The notes below the pieces were generated by a model that was not told the DNA's origin, ran no database searches, and worked only from the letters and a program-made list of their open reading frames with translations. The translations under genes and the position numbers were made by a program. DNA of 60,478 nucleotides, the filler included, from Catajapyx aquilonaris (Eukaryota): assembly GCA_000934665.2 (NCBI GenBank). It is 2 parts of 2 records of this genome, joined end to end, with 100 filler letters (N's around TTAATTAATTAA, not from the genome) between each part and the next. Parts side by side here need not be neighbours in the genome. Positions count along the whole stretch, not along the records: positions 1 to 30,163 come from JYFJ02004675.1; positions 30,264 to 60,478 come from JYFJ02004676.1. One strand, given 5' to 3'. Position 1 is the first letter of the stretch; every line of letters begins with the position of its first letter. Of the stretch, positions 24,413 through 36,077 are shown piece after piece.

Positions 24413-26565
24413 ATGATGTCGGCGCGAAGGTTCGTCGTGGTGTCGTCGACGCTGCTGCCTGCTGCCCTTCCTCGGCTGAGGACGACGGACCTCCTTTTGC
24501 TCCAGGCTTCAACCAAGCATGTGGCCTCAACACACTGTCACTACGCCACTGTAATTAATATTATTAGAGGTCAATTTCGAAATGATTGCTGCGGCACAAA
24601 ATATTATGGATGCAATCAGTAATTTGTAAGATCCTACCAATTATTTGCAGTTAAAATCGTTCAGTTTTGAGACCAGCAAGATTCTAACCAGCACTTCTTA
24701 TATAAACAGGCGCCGACAAAGCGGTCAGAGGAGGAGCTGAAGCAAATGCAGGCCACACGTATGGCCAAAGGACTTCCGAAAAAGGTCCCGATTAAGGGAG
24801 TGCAGAATATTCTTTTGGTTGCCTCTGGAAAGGGAGGCGTAGGCAAGTCAACAACAGCAGGTGAGCAAGAGAGAATGTATGGCCTCAGCACTAGGTCAAA
24901 ATAATGTGCATTACAAGATTATAGTTTCCTTTAGTGAACTTAGCCCTGGCCATAAAGGCAGTTGCCAAGGACAGGTCGGTGGGATTACTAGATGCGGACG
25001 TGTATGGCCCTTCCGTTCCCCTCATGATGAACCTCCGCGGAGAACCAGAGCTGACAAAAGGTACGTGACATATGTGCAATGTAAAATATCTGTAAGGCAA
25101 TGTACAGAGGCCGCAATTTGTACTATCTCACTTGAGATAAGTGATTGATTAACATGGTGGCAGAAGAGAGAGAAACTAATAAAGGGCAGTACTATAGTTT
25201 TGAAATATTTTATGGAGTCTCCCACATCATTAAAAGTCAACAAGTTGTAATAATAAGGCAATTCCCTGGTGCTTTTTCACTTGCAGAGAATCTGATGAAA
25301 CCACTTGTTAACTACGGCCTGCAATGGTAAGACACCCACAAGTCCCCAGCAGTTCCAAAGTTGGGTATGTGAAGAAGTTATGGTTTATTTATGCCAGCAA
25401 CCAATCAAAAGAAAAAAAAAATGAACATACATGAGTGTGGTTGCTGGAGAAAGCAATCCATAATAATTTCCCCTGCCCCACTCTTGATTTGAAGTCTTGC
25501 GCAGAACACCGCCCTTATTAATAGTCTGATTGACAGAGGAAAACGTAAGGGAGCAGTCTGCACATTTGGTTGTAATTGCTGCCAGTTGTGAGAGTGTTAT
25601 TCAAAGTTCTAGTGCACAATGTTTACATGTCATGACTAATTCCAGCATGTCCATGGGATTCCTGACTGGCCCAGAGTCTCCGCTGGTGTGGCGCGGACTT
25701 ATGGTGATGAGTGCCATTGAGCGACTCCTGTACCAAGTCCACTGGTCACCTCCTGTGGACATACTGGTGGTGGACACTCCTCCTGGCACAGGAGACACCC
25801 ACTTGTCTCTATCACAGAGGCTTCCCATCTCGGGTGTCCTCCTGGTCACCACCCCACAGGACGTGGCCCAAGCAGACACCCTGAAGGGGGCAGCCATGTT
25901 CCTCAAGATGGGGGTCCCCATCCTTGGGCTAGTGTCCAACATGGGTCTGTTTGTCTGCCCACACTGCAAGGGGGAGTCACGCATATTCTCTGCTAGGGAA
26001 GCAGACCTCTCCAAGAAAATGGGGATCCCTGTGCTTGCCGACATCCCCCTGGATCCAGCCATCTCTGAAGCATCTGACTCCGGGAAACCAGTCTTGATAG
26101 CAAGCCCAGAGAGCTCGCAGGTACTTCATCTCAATAAGTTTCAGGTTAAGGAAGCACCCATCTACATTGGCTCATTGCTCTGCTCCCCAAGCAGTATTGT
26201 AATGGTAAAGTCCAGTAGATTACTGCATTATTAAAAAGTCATAGCTAGTTGTCCTGTACCAACAATGAGATCTGCCAGATTTGCATTGTAAATATCTGTG
26301 CTGGTATGCCCCACTTCACAGTACACCCCAAACATTAACACACCACTGCAACAGCCGAGAGTCCAGACATGCAATAGGCATGGCTTTCGTCTTGCGTGGT
26401 GCATTGTACAATCCTGTTCTACTAAAACCTAAGCCCGTAGTGGACCTACCTGTGCATAATTTTCATTAATACAACAGATTCACAAATGTCTCCTTGCAGT
26501 CTGAAGCTTACAAGCAGCTGGCACGGCAGGTCCTGGCTGCACTGGACTCCAAAATAAAGCAGTGA
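24413..26565 (+). CDS. NUBPL: Mitochondrial Fe-S cluster transfer protein NUBPL/Ind1 (Mrp/NBP35 ATPase)
   Basis: Exons 24413-24550, 24710-24860, 24935-25060, 25287-25326, 25646-26120, 26500-26565. Presequence-like N-terminus, [39 protein letters not shown]. Confidence 0.92.
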
Positions 26566-27653
26566 AACATTTTCCGTTCTATTTTGTGGTCTCACCATGA
26601 TGGTACACTTTTATTCGTCGCAGGACACACAAAAAAAAGAAAAGAACTTTTCAGGGGTGGAGGAGGAATGAACTACTACACAAGAGCAGCAGCAGCTTTT
26701 CCAAGCTGACAAACAAGTTACAGATAGGAATTAGCACTAGGGGGGTGTTGGAGATGACCAAAAAAAAACTCCTTAAAAACCAGACACAAGCAAGTGGGGA
26801 GGGGTCAACTGTCCACATGTTTATCCACAAAACCACATGAGATAAGTAGGGGGGATTAGGATTAAGTTGTCCTTTCCAAATCCCACCCCCACAAACAGGA
26901 ATATCATTTTACCACTCTTCCAAAATACTGTACTGCAAACTTCCCTGCACCAAAAAGGTCCATCTCTACTTTTTTTTCCATAAAATTTCCTACCCTGATC
27001 ACTAAAGGGGGGAAAAAATGCACAAGGGGAATAAATAGGTTATGTGTCATCTTGATTTGGTGGGATTAAGGGGAAGGGTCACAAGAGAGAAATGGGGGAG
27101 GAGTAGGGGGGAAAAAAATGCAATGTTAACCTTGGCCATTCTATGGTTTTTGTCCCAGTACTACATTCACTTGTTCCACAATTGTCATATTTCCATCTGA
27201 ATAATGGGGATAAAACACACACAAGTCCATCCCATCCCCCGCTTTTACGAATGTCACCACCCTATTTTTCTTTGACTGTTATTGGCATTAACAATGTGGG
27301 GGGGGGCGGGCGTCAAGTGCCAGGAGGGGCGGAAAAAGAGAAATAATAAATCAGCGACTTAATTCCTGGGGAAGGGGAGGGGGAGTGATTGCCAAGTCCT
27401 TCGATCGATCCAGGATCAATTTCACTGATCCAAGCGCTAAGTATTAGAGATTAAATCAAGCCACTGTCATCATGAAACGGTCGATTCTATGATTCCCACT
27501 AAGTCATTACTTTTTTAAAAAATCATCTTTCCGCTAATCCCACTTAAGCACTCCCTAAAAGAAATCTTCCCAGGCAAGTGCAGTGGATTGGTGGCAGTTA
27601 CCAAATCAGCAAATGGAACCCCAGAGACGCTTGCAATGGACCTAGAATCATTT

Positions 27654-29485
27654 TTACTCGGTGGCTGTCCCCACTGCCACCTTTTTCTCCTCACTGTTGT
27701 CCTTCACATCGTCCTTGGGTAACTCGTCACCATTGCCGTTAGAAGCATCTCCTGCAGCCATTGCTGGAGATGTGTTGTTGTTGTGGTTGCCATTCTTGTC
27801 ATTGTCGTTGGGCACTGGAGCTGATGCTGGTTTTGGTACAGCACCAACTACGGTCTCACTGGTATCTAAGGTTGGAGTCTCCTCCAATACGATTTTTTCC
27901 AAAGGGCTCTTCTCTGAGATTGCTTTTTCTAGGGGAGGGCTTGGGGCTGGCTCCTCTTTGGGCACCGGTGGAATTGGTGCAATGCTCTTAGTGTCATCAA
28001 CCTCCACTTTGCTCCCTGAAAGGTGAGAGATGCATTACAAACTGCACAACTTGTGCCTGAATGCCGTACAGTGTTGGACATTAATTGAGGCATGCAAAGC
28101 ACTGGTGGGTAGCGACATTTTCCGAATCGGCAGAAGACGGAGTCGAAAATAAGGATACTGCAAGGCGGGCGAGCAAGATTCCTTCTTCTGCCGCTTCGGA
28201 AAATGTCGCTAGCAGTATGCCTCAATTTATGTCCAACACTATACTAGCCGTAATATCAATTTATTGAGAGTTTCTTCCATAATTTCTATTTATAAAATAA
28301 AAGTATATTCAAATTTTGAAAATCAAATCATAAGTTTGACCATGGTTGGTGCACATGGATGACTCAACATTGTTGGCTAAGCACTAAGCAGCACTGCTAA
28401 GTGGATGCACAATAATTTAAAATTCTACAAAACTTGCTGCTGATGTAAGGTTATCATTAGAAAGCAAACTTGGTTACCTGCTGCAGTGAAAAATGTTTGG
28501 GCAGCACTTGGGACTGGATTGGCTGACACTGAGTTGCCGCTGATCTGTGCCGTCAAGGTGGTGTTGGGTGGAGCAGGATTGATAGGGGTGGGTTTCAAGG
28601 GGGCCTGTGCTGGCTTCACTGGGGCTGGACTGGCCGGTTTGGCAGGACTAGGAACCAGAGGTGGGCCCTGGGCTGACGTAACAGGAGGCACTGCGTGTTG
28701 CATGTGTCTGGTGACCTGATGGGACGTTGGTGGAGGGGTTGACACAGGGTGGTGCACAGGGTGTCGCCTCATCCCATTCCCGATGAGGCCTTGGCCTAAT
28801 CCCTGGTGCTGCCCTTGGGGTGGGGCAACAGGCCTCTGTATTGGGGCAGGGCATCTTCCCAACCCAACCCCACCCGAGGGGCTCCTCATCAGCATCTGCC
28901 CTCGAAGGTTAGCCTGGAGTTGACTCTGCGACTGGTAGCCATACTTTCCCTGTTGCTGTCCCTGCAACAATGCTGACTGATTGGGAGTTGGGCTACCCTG
29001 GTGCTTTTGCATTCCAACAGCACCAACCCCTCTGGACTTGGGGGATTGCACTGCTGACCCCTGACCTGGTGCAGACCCACCAGGAAGCAAAGGAAGGGCA
29101 GTCAGCACAGCCATCTGGTCAACATTCGGCCATTTGTTGGATGACAAAAATGCAGATGCTAGGTCCTGTCCAGCAGACGATGGTGATTTGACTTGCGATC
29201 TGGCGGTCAGGTCACCACCTGGATGTTGACCCGACTTGATGTACGTAGCTTGTGGTGGTGGGAGGCCTGCCCGGCCATACTGTTGGGCAGTCTGGTTGGC
29301 TAGGTTTACTGCATTAACAGCAGCAGCAGCCGCTGCTGCCGAGCCAAATCCTTGCAGGCCAACAGGGTTTCCAGACTGTGAGGAGAAACCCTGCAGGCCA
29401 TATGGGTTGCCAGATGGGTGAGGTGGTGGTCCCTGTTGTTGCAAAGCTGAGCTACCAGTGGTCTGGTAGAATCCAGTCTGTCCAG
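27654..29485 (-). CDS. 3' exons of a Q/P-rich low-complexity protein, PRRC2/BAT2 (nocte)-like
   Basis: Exons 29485-28478 and 28015-27654 join in phase 1. Motifs GQTGFYQ, YGLQGF and PAPIQRP resemble arthropod PRRC2 C-termini. Upstream exons are not in this contig. Confidence 0.55.
28069..28241. mobile_element. Tc1/mariner-type MITE in an intron
   Basis: TA-CAGTGTTGGACATTAATTGAGGCA ... TGCCTCAATTTATGTCCAACACTA-TA. Confidence 0.8.
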
Positions 29486-29958
29486 CTGCAGAGGGGAAAC
29501 GGAACGAGACTGGGGGTCAAGACGGCGTGTTGTCAAGAACGCCTGCAATTAGATTCTGCCGTCATGTGAACACACAAAGGAATCAGTCTGGGTAGTGGAT
29601 GTGAAGACAAATGGGTTTCACAACGTTATGGTTAAGCAAACGCATTCAAGCATTACGTCCAAAGTGCCTCATAGTAGCCACAGAAAACCAAGCATTTAAA
29701 TTGGCACGATGTCTTGGGCCTTCCCTTTCAAAAATACGGTAGTCGTACTTGACAAACTTCTGAATACTTGTTCCCAAGCATTTATGAAAGACATCAGTTA
29801 AATGAACCCAGTGATATTTCATGAGGGCATTCCTAACAGTCTAATGCACTAACATTGTTCTCCACTTGTCACAATATCCTCCTGAGACCTGAGAAGAATT
29901 TTTAAGGCAATGTCAGTTCCTATTGCATTTTCTGAACATTACACCAATAATTGGTAAC

Positions 29959-30019
29959 CTGGTAGAATGAACAAAAAAAGAATACAATTATTGTATTCTT
30001 TTTTTGTTCATTCTACCAG
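29959..30019. repeat. Perfect 61-bp palindrome
   Basis: CTGGTAGAATGAACAAAAAAAGAATACAAT-T-ATTGTATTCTTTTTTTGTTCATTCTACCAG. Confidence 0.95.
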
Positions 30020-30163
30020 ATTATTACACCATGCAGACTACTTACAACCCTAATATGTTGCTGCATATCTGGGGCTGAATTTTGGTCAAGCGTACGGAAG
30101 TGAGCAGCCCGATGTGACGTAAAAATGACGTATTGCGCCTCGTCACGATTGGCCGGCTGGTTT

Positions 30164-30263
30164 NNNNNNNNNNNNNNNNNNNNNNNNNNNNNNNNNNNNN
30201 NNNNNNNTTAATTAATTAANNNNNNNNNNNNNNNNNNNNNNNNNNNNNNNNNNNNNNNNNNNN
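30164..30263. other. Assembly gap with artificial six-frame-stop linker
   Basis: Runs of N flanking TTAATTAATTAA. Confidence 0.95.
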
Positions 30264-30997
30264 CAGGGATTGGCTGGGGGTCGGGCAGATCCACGGTGCG
30301 CCAGTCGTCGCTCTCGATCACGTCGACGAAGCTAGAGGCACGGATGTGTTCCATCTGCCAGGCAACAGGGGATGAGAATATAGTACGTGTCACAGTGTAT
30401 GTAAAGGGGTGTCAAGTGCGGAAGGTGTGGCCCACCTGGAAGAGGAACTTCTTCTGCGACTGGGCATGCAGCTTCAGATTCATCTGGAGATGCTGCACGG
30501 AGTAGTGGTTCTTCAGGTCGGGGTTGCCGGCCACAAGTCGCATCTGAGTTTCGTACGTGTACATCTTGCCCTGTTCGTATCCTGCAGGACATCACGCATT
30601 GTGTATATTAGCAAAGAGTGCCATAAAAGTAATGGCATTGTGAATACGATTAAAATATTGAAGTTATAAAAGGAACAATCACTACATTGTTGCCTGGTTT
30701 AACACACTATATTTGAGTTGGGCAGTGCACCAATCTTTGAATAATCAAATAATTATGAATTTTGTGATTTAAACTGTGTGCAAGTTTCACCCTCCAAATA
30801 TTTAACAATGGATGTAATAATGAAATCAACTCACCATATCCGGCCCAGGTCGATGCCACTGCTGTAGAAGCGAGACAGGAAGAAAATGATGATTAGGTAA
30901 ACTCTTCCTGGTAATGTCGAATAAATGCTTGAGCATCGTAAGACATGCAGTGGTGCTTACCCATAAGGCAGATGGCTGCGGGGATGATCCAGCGCAT
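30264..30997 (-). CDS. 5' end of a vitellogenin / large lipid transfer protein gene (truncated by the gap)
   Basis: Exons 30997-30961, 30861-30835, 30581-30436 and 30354-gap give MRWIIPAAICLMAVASTWA-GYGYEQGKMYTYETQMRLVAGNPDLKNHYSVQHLQMNLKLHAQSQKKFLFQMEHI: a signal peptide plus an LPD_N-like start. Confidence 0.75.
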
Positions 30998-31097
30998 GGC
31001 TTCTGTCTGCTGCTGGCTTGTTGCTCACTTGAGTGCTGAAGGATCCTATGGATTAGGACTCCAGACTTAGTGTGCTTTGGATGGGCTCGGGCTGGGC

Positions 31098-31104
31098 TTT
31101 TATA
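31098..31104 (-). promoter_or_regulatory. TATA box of the vitellogenin-like gene
   Basis: TATAAAA about 100 bp upstream of the ATG at 30997. Confidence 0.6.
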
Positions 31105-33722
31105 CTATCCACATTTGGTGTGGATCGCAATGGCGGAGAGGCATATTGCTGATGGAAGGATCCGAATCATATGTTGATAACGAGGACCTTCCACCTTTGC
31201 AGTAAATGCTGCATCTGTGCACCATCAGCATCCTCATGATCGTCATACGGTCTCCTCTTAGATTCTCATCCAGACATTCAGATGCACGTGTTGGCACTTG
31301 GCCATATCTATTTGATTGAAATCACTTTGACTGCAGCAATGTGACACATTATTGCTTTTTCCTATAATATTTTGCTCTTATGGGTACTGAACATACTGAA
31401 CATATACTTCATGCATATTAGTAAAGCATGTAAGCAATAATTGCAAATGAAATCAAACTGGAGTTATGTGCAGCATGATGTACAGAAGCACCATACATCT
31501 TTCGGCGGATAATATGCAAAAAGGAGCAAATATAATATAATCCAGGATATAAGTGAAGAAAACGAGTTGTTTAAGTGCATATGATTTTTATGATAAAGTG
31601 TCCTATGCCTCGTGATTATGGGACATTCGTCTAACCTTCACGCCTTGCACTTTAATTATTAGGTCAGTGGTGTCCTTCTCTCTTTGATTTAGACAGATTT
31701 GTTTATCTGAAGTCACTTTTTTGCTATCTGCTTTTTTTTTTGCATATAATCCATAATGTGATTTTGCTCAGACTATCTGCAATTCAGATGTCTCTGTACT
31801 TTATTATTGCCTGCAACTCCTATATTCTACATCCTTTGCAGTTTTGAATGCAGGATTGTTTTACATATGAAATTGTGGCATTGTCTGAATGGCGCAGTAT
31901 GAAGTACCCTGAAGGTCTTAATTGTAATTCGAATCAAAACGTTTGGAGCAGCATTCGAGGAATACATTCACTTGCTATACATGTGTTCGAACTGGAAACG
32001 ATATGCAACTTTTTTCGACTGGACCAGGCGAATTAGGCAGTATAGACAACGAACTTGTCTCCCATAAGATTTTCAGTGCCCTTGCTCAAAAATTTTATTT
32101 TTAAATTTCATCAGAAGCAATTATTTTTAACGTGCGTGATGTTGTAAGCGTCCTGTAGCATTGACCTGCAACATGAGAATGCTCGCTCTACATTTATTAT
32201 ATCAATGAAAGGTCAAGTTTGAAATCATGCCGCATCGACCTGCGCTAAACGACAACTCAGCGATGCAAAAATTGCATGATTTATGAAAAGCATTGATTTG
32301 ATAATTATTTCAATTATAGCCAGAAGATATGCCCAAATATACAGCTATGTGTCCCAGAGAGACCTGTTACATGCTGTTTGATGTGTTTTTCCTACGATCT
32401 GACAGGGGATGTGCAAACTGTTGTCCAACGTGTATCATTATGAATGCCACATTGTAAATAGGATAACCAACACTTCAAATATTCCAGTTTGAGTGTATAA
32501 ACCGAAATTTAAGGATGCACAAGGCGTTATCTCCACTTGTGAAATTTTATAGATAATCTAGGAAAACGTGCGGCTCTGCAATGATAAGGAAGGGGAAATC
32601 AGTTTCATTGTGAAATCTGATTTACATATTAAAGTTGGTCTAAGGGTAATTTTTAAATATATTATTTATGTTGAACAATTCTTATCTGAGTTTTTTTTTA
32701 ATTAGTGCAATTTGCCTGATGACTATTTGGTTCTTTGCTATAATTGCAATGAGTGGTTCCTTGAAAATACCTGTTACTTGTTACCTGCTCCAAATTGAAA
32801 TTTGGACATGAACCTGGTACTGTTAAAATGAAAGGTCTATTTCCCTGTCTAAATAAAAAAAAATCATTCAGTTTTTTTTTAAATTTAAATTTGAGCAGCA
32901 GCAATATCAAAGGAATGCTACTCTAAGCGTCTGTAGCATTGACCTGCAACATGAGATCAGCTTTCTTTTATCTGTGTAAGTTCAAATTTGGGGTCAGATG
33001 AGTCAGATGATTCTGCAAAAGTTGAAAATTTTAATATTCATTTTGTTAATTCATTTTCTAATCTGATCGTTTAATTAGCTTAAGGCACACCAGAATGTGT
33101 GTCAAACGCTCAACATGATATGAAATATTATCAAAAGTGCCATCACGTCTTATGCTATATTATTCATAATAATATTATTGATATCACATTAATATTTGTG
33201 GAAATGTCTATACAAGTGAACCTTATTGTGATTGGCGAAAATTGTAGAAATGTGCAATTTTTTAGGCTACACTGCGAGAAGGGTGGGGTACATGCGTACC
33301 TCCTAAACTGAAGGATACAATAAGCGTTATCTACACTTACCACACTTTTGAGATAAATCCAGGAAAACATGCATCTCTGCAATGATAATAGTAAGAGGAA
33401 ATATAATTAAACCAGGTCAAATTTTTATCATCTTGACCTTAAAATATTGTATTTTGTGCGTGTTCTGAAAAAGATACAATTTTTTAAAAGTTGTTATCAA
33501 TACTTCATGCTGCTGACTGTGGAGATAGCCTGCCGGGTCTGCACTTTGATTTTTTAAATATGTAAATACATCGACTTTCCAATATTATGTATGCAATGTA
33601 TGCTCGTGTAAATGGGCCAAATGGCAGATCTTTATTGTTACTCGCACATTCAATTTATGGAAGCCTCCCACATGGATGGGGATGACCACATACAAACGCA
33701 CGGGCGTTCAACTCAACTTTAA

Positions 33723-36077
33723 TCACTCAACATCGGGATTGAAGCTGCTGACAACATCGTCCATGGACAATGTGGATGCCAGGGTCATCCTCCTCTGCTG
33801 GAACTCCATGGATGAGTTGCTGGTTGGAAGCTCCACCTGGGGAAGGCAGCAGTAGAGCTGGTCAGCCAACCCCCTGTCCTGAAGCGCCTGGGCCGTCAGC
33901 TCCGGGCTCTCCTCGTTCAGAAGCAAGTTCAGCACCTTCTCTGGAAGCCCCATGCTCTTGAGCGTCTCCTGGAACTCGGGGCAGTCCACCACCATCACCC
34001 TAAGGCCCCTGGCTGCCCACAGCTGCGAATCCGGATTGGCCGAGTTGGACAGACACTCCAGGAAGCCATCGACGACCTTCTCCTGGACCAGCAACTCCAT
34101 AATCCTCGAGATCCTATCTTGAGGTGTGTTCCTCAGGACGTGGGTCAGGAACAGGGCCGCGTTGGACTGGAGTCTGAAGGCACCCAGAGGACCAACTGCC
34201 GCTGCTTTGGCGAAATCCGGTTCGGTTATGTACAACGGCAGCTTCTCGCCACCTTGGAGTACCACAGGGTTGACCCTCAGCATGACCACCAGGTAACCCA
34301 GAAGCTTGAACACCGGGTCTTTTGGCTCGCTACATAGGAGGGTCATCAGAAGCTTCACAGCTTCGAACTTGACTCGATACGACGGAGACGACACTAGTTC
34401 CAGGAACTTGTCGCAGATTTGAGGGGCCAAGTATGGATATTCCGGCTGCCGAATAATTGTCATTTATGAGCAACAGTTCTTTAGGGAAAAAATCTTCTAC
34501 CGAGTGTACACATTGCCATACCCAAAGGATATTCAACCCCTTATGAATAATAAGCAGAGTGCTAAATTCGGGGTGACCCTAATAAACCACTCAAATTGGC
34601 ACAGGGTTACGACACTGCGAAAATGCCGCCTTTCACTAAGCCCATCCGATGAGTGGACATATGCATTGGCAAACATGAGTTGTCAATTTGGGGGCCTCTC
34701 GTTTTAATTCTTTCGAGACAGGGGGTGCACACTGCACAGTATGCACACAGTTTTTTTTTCTTCTTCTTCTTTCAAATCATGCCTATCAACATACGCGTTT
34801 CACACCTGACGTGTCTTGCCAGCAGCAATTGGAGAAAGTCAGAGCCCGATTTAGCAACCCGACCTTGCATAGGACATACCGAGTGATGCCAAAGGGGAAT
34901 TCCTTTCCTTGACAACAGGGCGCAACTCTGAATAGTAATGACAGTACTTTCTCTCTCTCTGAAATGTACGTACCAAAAGAGTGTAGAGTCCTTTACATCC
35001 AAGCCAATTGGCAGTTGCTGTGGATGAACAGAGCATGGTCAGCAGTGCAGCCGACATCTGGTCCCTGTAGAGAGGGTTACCCCTGCAGAGATGCTGCAGG
35101 AGCACACCAGTATCCTGCAGCTCGTCCTCCAAGTCGTGCGAGACATTCTCAAAATCGTCGTCAGACTTGCACAACACCACCGTCGTACCATCATCAATCG
35201 GCATGGGTTCCTTCGACATGTCCACATCTATCCGAGCACCTCTCTCGCACAGGATTTTGATGGCATACGTTTGGCATATGGCCTCCTTCCAGATGCGTCC
35301 AAGGGTGGCCAGCTTCTGAAGGAACCTGAGGGCTTCACATCGGTCTGCTGCAGGATACTTGCCATCGCAGTCGCCACGAGATATGACCTGCATTGAGGCT
35401 ATGACACTACCGCCGTCCACTACCTCAGAAGCGAACCGCTCCCTGCAACAATGCATGGAACATGAACTATTTAAGCCAACTAAAATATGACACACTTACG
35501 CTTCCACATCTTCCAAGAAGAGCGACAAGGACTTGAAGATGGGTGTCAGAGGCACATCGCACGACGAGAGTGTTATCTGCAAAAAAAAAAATATATATAT
35601 TGTGTAACTACCTTTTCCATATAGTACGATTTACTTTCACCCTGGTCATATATACGCATAGGTTAGTTCGCACGACACTGGGCAATATACAGGGTTTGTA
35701 TTCCTAAAGAAAATCTTGTGAAAGTGATGGCATGACAGGCCCGCCCCCCCTGGAGCAGAGGCCCCCCAGTATTACGTGCCCATCGGCATTCGTATGCACG
35801 TCTATAGCAAATCCATTGTTCTCGCAAAAGTGGAGCAACAAGACAATGATATCACCCTCAAGAGTCTCAGAACCTGAAGCCAAGCAGATATCCTGGCTAA
35901 GAAGAGGCTGCCTGCTTCATAGAAAAAGAACTCCAAGTTGTGTCCATCAGTACGTTTGGGACGATTCTTCATGAAAAGATGCACATGTCTTAGTATCCTC
36001 AGCCTCTGAGCAGTACTGCCTCCGTCCCATGCCTTGATGTCGCTCCATATCTCTTCCTCACTAGGTCTCAACGCCAT
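33723..36077 (-). CDS. ARMH1: Armadillo-like helical domain-containing protein 1 (C1orf228-like)
   Basis: Exons 36077-35874, 35576-35500, 35442-34974, 34445-33723. WDGG...RLRIL...LE..F..AGSLFLARISAWL, GRIWKEAIC and RGNPLYRDQ match remembered ARMH1 motifs. Confidence 0.75.

Noticed and set aside
30208..30219. TTAATTAATTAA as a piggyBac target or biological motif
   Set aside because: It is embedded symmetrically in Ns and is a synthetic stop linker.
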